Shown here piece by piece: positions 1 through 14,343 of a stretch of 64,000 bases of DNA (positions are counted from its first letter, which is position 1; each line of letters opens with the position of its first letter). The notes under the pieces are model-generated. The model ran no database searches. It was not told where the DNA came from and saw only the letters and a program-made list of their open reading frames with translations. The stretch is from Octopus sinensis (taxonomy: Eukaryota): assembly GCF_006345805.1 (NCBI RefSeq), contig NC_043008.1:36952001-37016000 (forward strand). The letters are read 5' to 3'. The translations under genes were made by a program, and so were the position numbers.

Positions 1-362
1 GTATTTACTGCAGGATGTCCTTCCAAAAAGCAACTTTTAACTGTTTCTCAAATAACGGATTACTTCTTTCACACAGCATGAAGGCATGAAGGGCCCAGAG
101 GATTTGCTGATAGAAAACACTGACAACACTTCTGTACAAGTGAGTGCAGATGTAAATATGCACACACACATACACAGACGCACACATACACAATGATCTT
201 TTTTTGGGTTCTGACAAACAAATCCACCCCCAAGGCTTCAGTGAATTCAGAGCTATAGTAGAAAATAGTTGCCAAAGGTCTACATAGTGGAGCTGCACCT
301 GAAACCATGTAGTTGGGAAGTGAATATCTCAACTACGCAGCTACGCTTGCACCTGTCTCTCT

Positions 363-422
363 GTCCATCTATCAGTCTATCTATGTATCTCTCAGTTGGT
401 CTATCTATCTATCTATCTATCC

Positions 423-473
<51 letters not shown>

Positions 474-602
474 ATTTATCTATCTATCCATCTATCTGTC
501 CATCTATCTATCCATCCATCTTCCATCCATCCATCCATCCATCCATCCATCTATTCATCTATCTATCTATCTATCTATCATCTATCTATCTATCTATCTA
601 TC

Positions 603-672
<70 letters not shown>
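363..672. repeat. (CTAT)n/(CCAT)n/(TA)n compound microsatellite
   Basis: Directly visible; source of the IYLS/YI pseudo-ORFs. Confidence 0.95.
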
Positions 673-677
<5 letters not shown>

Positions 678-930
678 ATATAATTAAGGGATCAGCAAAA
701 TTTGCGCTTCACCACATACCGAAATTTAGAAATAGCAGTCAACCTACTAATTCTAGAATTCTAAATTTCGGTATGTGCTGAAGCAAATTTTGCTAATACC
801 TTAATTATATTTATAATTATAAAAAAAGTTTTTGTATAAGTTTTTACTGATAATGTTTTTTTTTTCATGCCGAACTACCTGGTAAAATTGTTAATGATTA
901 AATTAATAATTTTGTACCTTATATCTATAA
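678..930 (+). mobile_element. Fold-back element (Penelope-like pLTR remnant) with degenerate hammerhead
   Basis: Inverted arms ~678-731/759-810; CTGATAA(847)...GCCGAAC TACCTG GTA downstream; homologous to 26764-27060; flanked by (TA)n. Confidence 0.6.
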
Positions 931-1400
931 TATAAAATATATATATAATAATATATATATATATAATATATGGTACAAAAACATGAAAACAGTAAAAAAT
1001 ACAGGCAACAGAGTATATTAGGTTGACGTTGACATATGTTTATGTGTGTGTCTGTTCATGTCTCCTTTCTCTTGACAACACATGATTAGTATGAACGTCC
1101 ATTTTCAGTTACTTTCATACAAGCAATGTCATTTATTTCCTGGCCACCATGAAAAAATGCCTGGCCATGAAAGAATATTAGCCTGCTTGGAAATAGGTGA
1201 GTTTTGGCTCCAGGAAGGGCAGCTAGCTATATAAATCCTGCCTCAATGAATTTCTTGTGACCAATGCAAGCTTGAGAAAGTGGACATTAAAATCCATAAA
1301 ACCATAATGATGATGATGTTTGTCTCTTCATTGGCTTGTGACCATTTGGTTTCACTTGTTTTGATTGTAAAAACTAACCCTGGTTCAATTTGAACCAAAG

Positions 1401-1625
1401 GTACCTATTTCTTTACTACCCACAAGGGGCTAAACAGAGAGGACAAACAAGGACAGACAAACGGATTAAGCCGATTACATCAACCCCAGTGCGTAACTGG
1501 TACTTAATTTATCGACCCCGAAAGGATGAAAGGCAAAGTCGACCTCAGCGGAATTTGAACTCAGAACGTAGCAGCAGACGAAATACCGCAAAGCATTTCG
1601 CCCGGCGTGTTAACATTTCTGCCAG
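1401..1625 (-). mobile_element. tRNA-derived SINE, family C
   Basis: Near-identical to 60891-61127; B-box-like GAGTTCAAATTCC on the minus strand. Confidence 0.85.
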
Positions 1626-2096
1626 ACATAACTAAGAACTTGGGAATCATTTATTTTGGTTCTATCATTTTTAAAAATGGTTTATAACATCGATTCAATG
1701 CCATAAATTTGTATGGTGAGGCAGTGAAGAAAATATGTGTGTGTGATAGAATCTTTCTAGCACCCATAATATAGATCTGTCCCACCACCCCAGGGGCGAA
1801 AATGAAAGAACACCACCCTCTAGACTTGTGTTTATAGAGAGATGTAAGTGTGCAACACAAGGCATTTTGATTGGTGCTCTACTATTTCAACGATTGCTTC
1901 CACCTCCATCCTCCTTATCATGCCAAAATAACAATCTAATGGGAATCAAAATAACAATAATGAAATAGTGATGATGAAGAAATAACACCAATACTACTAC
2001 TACTACTAATAATAATAATAATGATAATACTACACTCATACAAATAATAATAATATGAATACAATTGATAATAACAACAATAAAAATAAACATAAT

Positions 2097-2129
<33 letters not shown>

Positions 2130-2708
2130 TAATATAATAATATAAAATTGAAGAAGTAATACAATCTAACTGTAGTGCGATAGAAAATAACATGCAATGC
2201 CATTTGGTAAATGTGAGTTCATCTTTATATGATTCTCATATGATATCCTCCAGACATTTAAGACGTAGGGTAGATGGAGTGGGAAGGAAAAAATAACACT
2301 TTCGGAGAAATGATATCGAATTTGTCAAAAGGTGAACACTTCTGGTAAGATAATAACGTCAGTTAACACAATCGGGGTCCATGGAATTGGAAGGAGGGGG
2401 ACGAGGAGGAGCAAGAAGGGGTGATGGGTGAGGAGGGTGGTAGGGGAGGAAGGAGTCATTAAGGAATTTGCTTTTCTCCTTTCTTTTTCTCTCTCAGTGT
2501 ATCCTTCTCCAATGCAAATTATTGTCTGTTGAATAATTTCTTCATGTTTGTCTCACTGACTGATTTGTCTTCATTACTTGCTGTCTATGTTGAATTATCT
2601 TATACATATATATACATATATATGTATATTTTATATACATATATATATATGTGTATATATATATACATATATATATACATATATATATATGTGTATATAT
2701 ATATATAT

Positions 2709-2755
<47 letters not shown>

Positions 2756-2756
2756 C

Positions 2757-2804
<48 letters not shown>

Positions 2805-2846
2805 TATATTATATATATATATATATATACATACATATATACATAC

Positions 2847-2897
<51 letters not shown>

Positions 2898-3541
2898 GGC
2901 ACAGACACATGATTGCATATTCACACATATGCATTTTCATATCCATATCTATAATCATTTCTTTATATATATAAATACACACGCAAGCATTATATGTATG
3001 TATATGCATTTATATATCTATGTTTTTATTCATTTCTATGTATATACATAAACATACTCACATACATGCTGTCCCTTACATATGTATCTAAGCATAAAAT
3101 GTCATGGAATTTTGACAGTAAAATTACTGAAACTCATAAGAGGATCAGGGTCAGATTTTTCCCCTCCAAAGTTCTGCTCTTTTAGTATCAAGTATTGTAA
3201 GAAACACAGAAATATATTTATCAGAATAGCTTTAAGTGGGAGAAAGCAATACACAAACACACATATGCATATAAACCTATAGATTTGCATGTATACTCAC
3301 ACATGTGCACACACTCACACACACATGCACATAAGCACACACATGCACATACACACACATGCACATACACACACATGCACATACACACACATGCACATAC
3401 ACACACACATGCACATACACACGCATACACACATAATGTTTATCATTATCTAGGTAATAATCTTGTAGCTTGCTTTCCAAAGCTCTTCTTCAGATATTGG
3501 CTACCAGATGCTATCATAGAGTAAGACTTCTTTCATATAGA

Positions 3542-3582
<41 letters not shown>

Positions 3583-3613
3583 AATATATATATATGAGTG
3601 AGTGGACAAAAGA

Positions 3614-3742
3614 AAGGCAGCAAACTGGCAGAAACGTTAGCACACCGGGTGAAATGCTTAGCGGTATTTTATCTGCCACAACGTTCTGAGTTCAAATTCT
3701 GCCAAGGTCAACTTTGCCTTTTATTCTTTCAGGGTCATTAAA
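3614..3742 (+). mobile_element. SINE family C, 5' fragment
   Basis: Reverse complement of the head of 60891-61127. Confidence 0.75.
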
Positions 3743-4320
3743 TTAGTTTTACTGGTTGCTTAAATAGCAAAAGATTTTTTCTAACAAGTATTCCTACAAA
3801 AGAAATATACATAAAAAAGGGGGGGAAAAAATGTTTAAAAATACAAAAAATATTTTAAAATACTAAAATTATAGAAAATACATAAAAATTAAAAATTAAC
3901 TCTCCTCACTATTGTTCTCAATTGCTATTAGTCTTATCTTTTTTTCTTATCTTTATTTTTATTTTTATTTATATATTTATTATTATTTTTTTCTCGATTT
4001 CGTTTACTTTTTCACTCGTTTCTTCTCTTTCTTTCTTCTATCCTCCTCCTCCTGTTGTTGTTGTTCTTCTTCTCCTTCATCATCATCATCTTCTTCTTCT
4101 TTTTCTTCTTCTTCTTCTTCTTCTTCTTCTCTTCTTCTCTTCTTCTTCTTCTCCACACATGCTTTTGTATTATATATATATATATATATTATATATATAT
4201 ATTGACCTGCTCGCTTAGCCAGTGGGGTGGCATCATTCGAAGGCTAAAACAATGCAAACGCATTGTGACCAGCGATGTGTAACAACATCTGATGGTCTGG
4301 TCGGTCACGTGATCACGTGG

Positions 4321-4354
<34 letters not shown>

Positions 4355-4722
4355 CTTGTAAACTTGTATGGAAAAATCTTTTGCTATTTATGCAACCAGT
4401 AAAACATGCATTTTTCAGTTTGAAAACAGCTACTTGAAGCTTGGAACTCATATCAGTAACTCACTGTAAACGTTATTATTAAGATTAAAATAAAAATTAT
4501 TCCCCTAAAAAAGCCATCTCTACTCATTTTTTCAACCTGCTGATGATATAATACTGCACCAAGAACCTTTCTTTTTATTATTCTACTATATCTATCTATA
4601 TGTCTGTCTGTCTCTCTCTCACTCTCTCTCCCTATATATATATATATATATATATTCATATATTCAGTGTCTGCTGAAATGAATTGATAGGTCCACATAT
4701 AACATTCCTAGGTACATCTCTT

Positions 4723-4820
4723 TTTCTCTGATGAAATTATGCTCATGTCACATAATTCCAAATTTAATGTGCAAATTTGTAATTAAATTATTGAGTATTA
4801 ATTGAAATGGCTGTAAGAAG
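4723..4820 (+). ncRNA. Type I hammerhead ribozyme with long helix II
   Basis: TTTCT CTGATGA(4728-4734) AATTATGCTCA...TGAGTATTAATT GAAA(4804) TGGCT GTA(4813-4815) AGAAG; helices I and II pair, helix III relies on G.U pairs. Confidence 0.7.
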
Positions 4821-5060
4821 TGAAGATGACCAATTTGTTAATAATAGATAATTGTTAACTTCCTTATCTCCATTTTCTTTTCTTCTTTTGAGTGGATATG
4901 CTTAATATAAACCTTAATATATACCTATATGCTTAATATATACTTATTGTTTTAAGGGAATTTCATTCCCTAACAACACTAGGTATTGAACCAGTATTTC
5001 CTTGGATGTAACCATCCTTTGATGAGGTTAGCATATCCTTTTATTAAATTTATACATATA

Positions 5061-5142
<82 letters not shown>

Positions 5143-5654
5143 GAAGTAATGTACAGATATTGTATATTTAGAATATTAAGGTAACCAGAATGTTGGATGA
5201 TTTTATATATCATTATATTTACACTTTTAGCGCTTTCTTCCATTATCAGATTTATCAAAAAGTGGTTTAAAGTTAGGTTTCTTGGCCTTTTTATATATGA
5301 AAATTTTGTGGGGATTGTCAAGAAAGGGAGAAGAAGGAAGAAAAAAAGAAGAAAAATTGTTTTGAGAATTTAATTAAAAATTCATCTCTGTGGTTAAATA
5401 AATTTGGAAAGTTTTGGTTATTTTAGCCACTACTCTTGATTTTTTTCCAAGTGTTTGTCCTTCAGGCTGCAAAATGGAGTTTTAAAAAAAAAGCAATACA
5501 TAATGCTGTCACAATTATATTTCCAAATTCACCTGTTTCTGGTTGGCTGCTTTGTTTTGAATATATTTTAAAGCACTAACCTAGAATTTTCTAAAGGAGA
5601 AAGAGAGCCTAGTACAGAAGAGGGAAGGCATATGTATATGTATGTATCTATCTA

Positions 5655-5756
<102 letters not shown>

Positions 5757-6074
5757 TATATACCCCTCGCCATGGCTATGCATACTTAAGCTAGTAACCT
5801 GCTTCATTCTTGATTCCGAATTCCTTTTGCCAAGTCTGTCCGTAACGAAGTGATCCCAAGATAAGAAATCTTTGAACTTTAATTCATCCGTATCTCTATT
5901 TATTATTATTATTTATTAATTATTATTATTCTGATCCCCCTAGTCGCCACTCTTTTTACTATTTCAGCCTCGCCTCGTTTTTGCATATTCTGTATAATTC
6001 ACTAGTTATCGTTATAGATATTTAAGATCTATCTCCCTTACAGGGCTGATTAGAAATTGGCTGACGATTCTTCG

Positions 6075-6815
6075 TGGCGCGCCCGCCCTGCCCACCGCCA
6101 CCACCAATACCGGATATCTCTATTTTGCTCCAACTATACCGGATGTCGTTTCTCTCACCCCATTATAGGTGTCTACTCTTTGAACCCCCCTTCAATACGC
6201 TATTTCACCATGCATTACCCCTTCTCGATATCTCCTACTTCTACTTGCCTAGAACCGGTCCTCTGAACCACCCCTCCCACTGTGCTCCCTTATATTTCTG
6301 CACCCCCCCCACCACGAACCCCCCTCTTCAATACGCTATTTCACCATGCATTACCCCTCTCTCGATATCCTACGTTCTACTTGCCTAGAACCTGTCCTCT
6401 GAACCACCCCTCCCACTGGTGCTCCCTTATATTCTGCACCCCCCCACCACGAACCCCCCTCTTCAATACGCTATTCACCATGCATTACCCCTCTCTCGAT
6501 ATCCTACGTTCTACTTGCCTAGTACCTGTCCTCTGAACCACCCCTCCCACTGGTGCTCCCCTATATTTCTGCACCCCCCCCATAAAAAGCACCATCCGAA
6601 GTGGCCGATGCCAGACCCCTTGGCACCTGTGCAGGTGGCACGTAAAAAACACCCACTACACTCGCGGAGTGGTTGGCTAGGAAGGGCATCCAGCTGTAGA
6701 AACACTGCCAGACTAGAGGAGCCTGGGGCAGTCCCGAGCTCCCCAGACCCCGGTCGAAACCGTCCAACCCGTGCTAGCGCGGAAAACGGACGTTAAACGA
6801 TGATGATGATGATGA
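6075..6815 (+). mobile_element. Composite repeat: C-rich body with 3 x ~134 bp tandem units plus SINE family B 3' end and (GAT)n tail
   Basis: Units start ~6182, 6316, 6451; inverted homolog with a single unit at 59028-59530. Confidence 0.85.
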
Positions 6816-9613
6816 TATATATGTATACCTATAAGAATGCATAATGTATGTACCTATGTATGCCCACATGTTAAGTGAGCTTTGCCAAAGTGCTTCTAAC
6901 TTCAATATCTGGTTCAGTCTTATTGAATGGCATCTTGTGCAAGTGTCTTTCAGCATAGTAATGAATCAGCCAAGATTTCTGAGTGAGAACTAGAGTGAAA
7001 GAGGGGTGGTGGCAGTGGTGGTGGTGATGGGGCGGGGGCAGCAATTGTTTGGGGAATCTTTGGATGGAGTGGACCTGTACTTCAAATATTCAACCTTTTT
7101 GCACTGTCATGCTGATTCTGCTTCCAGATTATATGACAAGTACATGTATGTCTACAGTATACTCAGCCACAAATCAACTATAGTTACTGGTGCCATACTT
7201 TCATCAGGCTGAGGTAGAATTGGTCCTAGCTTGGCATAAAGAAAAGCATGCAAAGTGATATCTGAATATGATATGAAGTTATTTACCTGTTCGAATATGC
7301 TTTTGACATATTCAGACTTCTAAGAAAGCCATTATTTGCTTAGAGCTTTTAATACTATTTTACTACACCTGAGTTGCTGATTAGCACAACCAGTCACAGT
7401 ACTTTGATTGGAATATAATAACAGAGACCTAGTCTCTTGTAGTCATTTCACAGTGCCTCCTTTTCCAGTGTTCACTGCTGAAGAGTAGATAACTGCGCTG
7501 AAATGCATGCCTCAATCATTCTGTGTAGGGGTCACTCTGTTTACACTTTTTTGTCTACACCGAGAATTTTTTTCCATGGCAAAATGTTACGAATGCCTTT
7601 CTTAAGGGTTTGAATATGTCGAGTTTATATTTGTATACATCACTGCTTAGCACGTCTTATCTATAAATATGATGTGAATGGCTTTTGATTTGCCTGGGTT
7701 CATTCTCGCTTTGATAGGTTTTGACATTCATCATACAGACTGTCCAAATAAATGAATCATTTTTCTTACTTAGGACTCAGCGGGTTTTGTGGCTTTAATC
7801 CCTGACACCCAGCCATCTTCTGGCTGTACTGGTTTGTGTGGTTACTAGTAGCAGATCTTTGACCTGGTTTCTTCAGATTTCCCATTTTGAGTCCTTTTCC
7901 TTATATGTATTGGCTAGTTTAGTAGGTGGATACACCCTGCTAAGAATGGTACCTGCCACACTACCTCATATTTGTTTAAATATGATATTTTAAGAGCAAT
8001 AACAACAATGTATGAGTGTTTACAAATTAATGCCAGGCAAAACACGGTGCTGGTAAGTTTGTTTTCTGCAATCAGTCAGGGAAAGAGGAACAGTGGTCAT
8101 GACTATTTTCTTAGAGCTTCTGAGACTGGTAGAGTTTCCTTATACAGGAAACAATCTCTAATTGCTTGAAACAGAGTGATCTTCCGTAAAGATACTCAAG
8201 AACCAAGTGTTCGGCATTTAACTGATTGACAGGTTATGTACCCTCTTTTTTAAAACACAAGAAACCAGGACATATACCGCAAAACATCTCATTTACCACT
8301 TTAACAATTTGGCTATGATGTCTTTTTTTTTTTAGCATTGTTAAAATAAAGTACCCCATGGTACTTTATTTCATCAACACTAAAGTTATGAAAAGCAAAC
8401 TTGACTTTGATGGAATTTGAAATCAAAGTGCGGTGGAGTAAATTGTAATGAATACCACAAACCATTTTGTCCTTCTCTGTAATAATTCTACTATTTCATT
8501 CCTCATAGCAAATCATCTCAACAAACTCATCTATGAACTTTTCCAGAAATAAATTTTTACCAACACAGATCACTATCTGTTTCCTCATGTTGCTGAATTA
8601 TATCATTTTCTTTTTGTGTGCATATGTGTGTGTATGTATGTATGTATGTGCACACGCATCTGTTTCATTCTTTCTTTTTTTCTTTTTTTTTTTTGCTTTC
8701 TACTATTCAAAAAATAAGTTTATTTCATACTTGATCCTCATTGTTCATTTAACAGACAGAAACACTCCTGTCCTTGTCGAACTACATTTAACCATGTCTT
8801 TCTTCTCACAACCCCTTCCAGATCCCCTAATCTCAATTTTTCTTTTTCATTTCATCTGTATAATTTTTTTGTTCTTTCTTTCCTTTTTTTTTATCATTTT
8901 AATGAAACAAAACCCTTTCTTTAATGAAACAAAAACCCTTTCTCACCTTCCCAATCAATTCTATATTATTTCATCCAGCAGATTCAATATATTTGTTACA
9001 TGACCTAAATATCTATTTTTCGAAATAGAGGTTCTTCCTTCAATCTTTCACCATCCAAAAAGAGAATTCTATGTAATCTGTCTTTCTATCTGCATATATA
9101 TATATATATATATATATTCATACACACACACACACACACCCTCACATAGATTATACACACACACACATACATCCATGCATATATATGTATCTATAAATAT
9201 ATATATCTGTATACATTGACATCTATATATTTATATATACACATACATACAAACATAAAAGCACACACACACACGTATATCAAGAATGAAAATTATAGAT
9301 AGAAATAAAATCCAATAAAATCATAGATAATATGATTTATTTCTTAGGGTGGTGAAGCCACAGACACTCTCGAGTGCCTCACTATGCATATATATGTGTG
9401 TATGTATGTATGTATGTATGTATGTATGTATGTATGTATGTATGTATGTATGTATGTATGTATGTATGTATGTATGTATGCATGTATGTATATGACTAAA
9501 TAACATAATTCAATATGATATAATGTGTCATGAAGCAAATTACAAAATAATAATGAACATTAAAAAGTAAATAAACAACAAAATGAAATACAAGTAAATA
9601 ACGAAAATAACCA

Positions 9614-9648
<35 letters not shown>

Positions 9649-10258
9649 TAATGATATAACAGAAAATTATTAGTTTCCTATATTTATAACAAATCATTTG
9701 AAAAAATTATAGTGTGTGTTAAGATATTAACTCTAGTATGTAACTATTACTTGTTATTGACTTGGGGGGGAAACAAAATAAAGAATGAATATAAAAGAAT
9801 TGATAATAATAATGGATTCTGATTTAGGTGCAAAGTCAGAGATTTAAGGGAAGGGTATTAGTTGAAATATACGGACCCCAGTACTTGACTGGTATCTTAT
9901 TTTATCACATCGAAAAGAACTTAATAATCTAACTATAAATACTTATGTGGTGAAGAAAAGTCAACTCTATTTCAATAACTTTGATTATTTTAATCATTTT
10001 GACAATGGAGATAATTCTGGACATATTCCCATCCTCAGTAAACCCTAGACTTCATTGTATTTTCGAAAACAATGAGAGAATCTGCAAGTCATTACAGCAA
10101 ACGCAGTACACTTTATGCTTTGTTGAAGAGGTCTCATAAGTCAGAAACATATCTGCAGTTTTCTCCCATGCTTGCAAAAGTGAATGAAAACAAATTAAAT
10201 ATCAGTCATTGATATAGTGTTCTTTTTGCTGTTTAGGTAATTTTAATTAGATTACAGT

Positions 10259-10990
10259 TTAACCCTTTTGTTACCAACCCGGCTGAAACCGGCTCTGTCT
10301 CTGAGTACAAATGTCTTGTTTTCATAAGTTTTGAATTAAAATCTTCCACCAAACCTTAGTCACAATTTATGTTCCTAACACTCACTGAATGATATCTAAG
10401 TTATTTTACTAAATTCTTTGTTATATTTAACCCTTTCGTTACCAACCCGGCTGAAACGAGCTCTGGCTCTGAGTACAAATGTCTTGTTTTCATAAGTTTT
10501 GAATTAAAATCTTCCACCAAACCTTAGTCACAATTTATGTTCCTAACACTAGTTGAATGATATCTAAGTTATTTTACTAAATTCTTTGTTATATTTAACC
10601 CTTTCGTTACCAACCCGACTGAAACCAGCTCTGGCTCTGAGTACACATGTCTTGTTTTCATAAGTTTTGAATTAAAATCTTCCACCAAACCTTAGTCACA
10701 ATTTATGTTCCTAAGACTAGCTGAATGATAACTAAGTTATTTTACTAAATTCTTTGTTATATTTAACCCTTTCATTATCAACCTGATTGAAACCGGCTCT
10801 GGCTCTGACTACAAATGTCTTGTTTTCATAAGTTTTGAATTAAAATCTTCCACCAAACCTTAGTCACTCTTAATGTTCCTAACACTAGCTGAATGATAAC
10901 CAAGTTATTTTACTAAATTCTTTGTTATATTTAAAGTAATTGAAAGAAACAGAGAGCATCTCAAAATAAATACAGTAACAAAAGGGTTGA
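10259..10990 (+). mobile_element. piggyBac-type MITE with 4 x 168 bp tandem amplification
   Basis: TTAACCCTTT(T/C)(G/A)TTA at 10259, 10427, 10595, 10763; one right end GTAACAAAAGGGTTGA at 10975-10990. Confidence 0.85.
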
Positions 10991-12046
10991 TGAGATATTG
11001 TATAGTGTGGTATTGTACCGTTTCTGCCTTGCCAATGTTTCGTATAACGTAACATAGTGATGTCTCTTTATGCTGGAACAACAAAGCAATACATTTATAA
11101 GGAAAGGGTTTGGTTCTGTCTTCTTTTGGGTCCTGATTTCCTGATTGAGTCATAGGACCACTATCATGAATATTGTGTTTTGGGTATTGTTAAACCTAGC
11201 AGAACCCACCTTTTATTTTGCCGTAGTCAGGTCTGTCCTCAACAGGTTTCTGACTTGGAACACACTAGAGTTGGAACAAATTCTCACTCCGGCATTATGG
11301 CACTGCTGTCATTAATGACATTGTACTGTATGCTCTAACAACTTTGCTAAATTACCATCTTATGGTTAATTAATCTAATTAATTCAATGACTGGTTGGTG
11401 CTTATTATATTATCATATTCTGGAATGATGAAAGGTAAAGCTGATTCTGGTGGGGATTGAGCTAAGAAAGAACATGGAAGGACATAGTTAACTACCAAAA
11501 GGTATTCAGTCTGGTGCTGTCTGTTTTAGTTAAGTTGGTGTTAACATAACATAGTGAAGATGAAAAATCTAATTACAAATAATTATGTAGTGAAGAAAAG
11601 ACAATATTAGTGAATGACTAATAGTAGCTATAATATTATTTTGACACGGTCTATGAATGCAATGCTTTAAACAAATGCTGTCTTGACTATGGAACGAAAT
11701 CGAAAACATAATTTATTATACACACAACATTTATATTATTCATCAAGTAATTGACTGGTGAACTATGAAACGAAATTAAAGATGTAATCTATTGTAGACA
11801 CAACTTTTATATTATTTATATTATTTGTAAGACAGTTGACTGATAAATAAATATTTAAAATTAACAGTGATGTATCTATATTGCTGATATATTTTAAGAA
11901 TCCACAGCTCAGTAGGGTAGCTGCTGTACCTCATTCATTGTAATTGTGGGTTTTCAGTTCAGCGTTATGCACAGTTCCCTGATATGAAAATAAAGATATT
12001 GTTCATTGTTATTTCTATTAATGTATTAAGGCTTACTTCTTTTTTT

Positions 12047-12261
12047 TTACTCTTTTATTTGTTTCAGTCATTTGACTGTGGCCATGCTGGAGCACCGCCT
12101 TTAGTCGAGCAAATCGACCCCAGAACTTATTTTTTGTAAACATAGTGCTTATTCTATCGGTCTCTTTTGCCGAACCGCTAAGTTACGGGGACGTAAACAC
12201 ACCAGCATTGGTTGTCAAGCGATGTTGCGGGGACAAACACAAATACAGAAACATATACACG

Positions 12262-12310
<49 letters not shown>

Positions 12311-12724
12311 TCATCATCGTTTAACGTCCGTTTTCCGTGCTAGCATGGGTTGGACGGAAGATATATATATATATACACATATACATATATACGACGGGCT
12401 TCTTTCAGTTTCCGTCTGCCAAATCCACTCACAAGCTTTTGGTCAGCCTGAGGCTATAGTAGAAGACACTTGCTGAAGGTGCCACGCAGTGGGACTGAAC
12501 CCGGAGCCATATGGTTGGTAAGCAAGCTACTTACCACACAGCCACTCCTACGCCTATGAAAACTTTTTTTACGGAAGTTAATGGACCTGCGACAATCCTA
12601 ACAAGGTTTTGATCAGCCCAAGGCTATAGTAGAAGACACTTGCCCGAGGAGCCACTCAGTGGGACTGAACCCGGAGCCATGTGGTTGGTAAGCAAGCTAC
12701 TTACCACGCAGCCACTCCTATGCC
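12047..12724 (-). mobile_element. SINE family A, full copy plus duplicated head, with nested family B fragment
   Basis: Matches 33312-33706 in reverse; head repeated at ~12601-12724; family B tail at ~12307-12358. Confidence 0.9.
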
Positions 12725-12918
12725 TTACCAATTTAGTTATACTATAGCTGGATAATATTATAGATAATGTCTTCAGTTTCATTCCTTAGTGAAAATTGTT
12801 GTTTGCATTACAAAATACATCCCTTCGATAAAGATTATACTACGAAATAAAGATTACAAATGGAAGCAATACCTGCATGGAAACAGAGATGATTAATTAT
12901 GCATGATCAGGATCAAAA

Positions 12919-13114
12919 CTTTTAATTCCTTGACTCAAAATCTACCTAAGTTGTGCTGCTAATTTACCTTTTGTTTTCAGGAGAGATCTCATTCCAGTAC
13001 ATTTAGCATTTTCAGTAACAGTAAACAAACCTCAAGGCCAAACATTTGAGAGAGTTACTTTATTTCTTTGTGAATCAATATTTTCTCAGTCGAATGTATA
13101 CAACTCTTTCTAGA
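12919..13114 (+). pseudogene. Helitron/PIF1-type helicase C-terminal remnant
   Basis: Translates LLIP*LK...NLPFVFRRDLIPVHLAFSVTVNKPQGQTFERVTLFLCESIFS, then after a frameshift RMYTTLSR; matches the PIF1 motifs FPVRLAFAMTINKSQGQT...HGQLYVALSR. Confidence 0.8.
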
Positions 13115-14137
13115 ACACTTCTTGATGTAATCAGGAAAATAAAAGACAACAACTGTCAGAGTAGAAAAGGTGACAAATGTATAATAAAGTATATAGTTTT
13201 CAAATATGTTCTCCCCTAAGATTGCATGTTAAGTGCTCTCCATGTGAAGTTTACACGATTTCACAAATTAAATGCTTCAGAAAAATACAGCTTCAATAGA
13301 AATTATGAACATCATAGTTCTCTATAAACTTCCAGCACTCTTATAGTTTTTAAAATAACTATAGAGTTTCCACAGATACAGCTACTTTTAATTATTCTGG
13401 CAAGTATGGGAGATAATTCTAGACATGTTTGGATTTTATTCAACATCCTCAGCAAGATACAAACTTTACTGTACCTCTCCCTTACTCTGTGTCTGTTTTT
13501 ATTCAGAGTTACTGCCTTTCTGATGAGTTGTCATCATTACACTTCCCTAGCTCATATCCCCTTAGTATCTTCTTTATTCCTAGGGTTGAATTTTTATTTT
13601 CAGCCACTTTACAAAATGAATAGGGTACATTAATACATGGATAAATAGATAAATATTCATTCATCATCATCATCATCAATTTAATGTTCACTTTCCCATG
13701 CATGCATGGGTTGTATGGGGGTTTTTTTTAGAGGCAAATTTCCTATGGCTGGATGCCCTTCCTGTTGCTAACAGTCACCTGTTTTCAAGCAAGGTAATAT
13801 TTCCTCATGGACAGACATGTTCTTGTAGAACATTGGAAATGAATGGCACCACTTGTATAACATTGACAACCATTTTATGACTATCATGTGGTGTCAAGAA
13901 AAGGAGACACAACCATACAAACACTCACATGCACAGAGAGAGAGGGCGGGGGGCTTCTTTCAGTGTCATTCTAGCTCATCGACTCACAAAACTTTTGTCA
14001 ACCTTGGACTATAACATAACAGAAGACACTTGCCTAAGTTGCCACACTGCAGGACTGAACCCAGAATCACATAGTTGAAAAGCAAACTTCTTACCACTCA
14101 ACCATGCTTGCACCTGTGTGTGTGTTTGTATATATCT

Positions 14138-14181
<44 letters not shown>

Positions 14182-14204
14182 GTATATACATATATATATA
14201 TATC

Positions 14205-14236
<32 letters not shown>

Positions 14237-14303
14237 ATATATATATATACAGATAAGAGAAAAAAATCTATCAGAAAGGAACTCTATCTCTCTTTAAAAA
14301 ATA

Positions 14304-14343
14304 TCTTTTGATAAGCATAACAAATGCGCAACCGGTAAAAAGA
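14304..14343 (+). ncRNA. Degenerate minimal hammerhead in a TA-flanked insert
   Basis: TCTT TTGATAA GCAT AACAA ATGC GCAAC CG GTA AAAAGA; three core substitutions, helices retained. Confidence 0.45.

Noticed and set aside
7200-8220. Possible old non-LTR retrotransposon remnant
   Set aside because: No unambiguous RT or endonuclease motif recovered
10121-10158. Hammerhead-like TTGAAGA...GAAAC AT ATC
   Set aside because: Helix II and the cleavage triplet are too degraded to distinguish from chance
13519-13560. Isolated CTGATGA/CTGAAGA matches (also 4540, 7201, 24212, 27701, 34240)
   Set aside because: No correctly placed helix II plus GAAA and helix III
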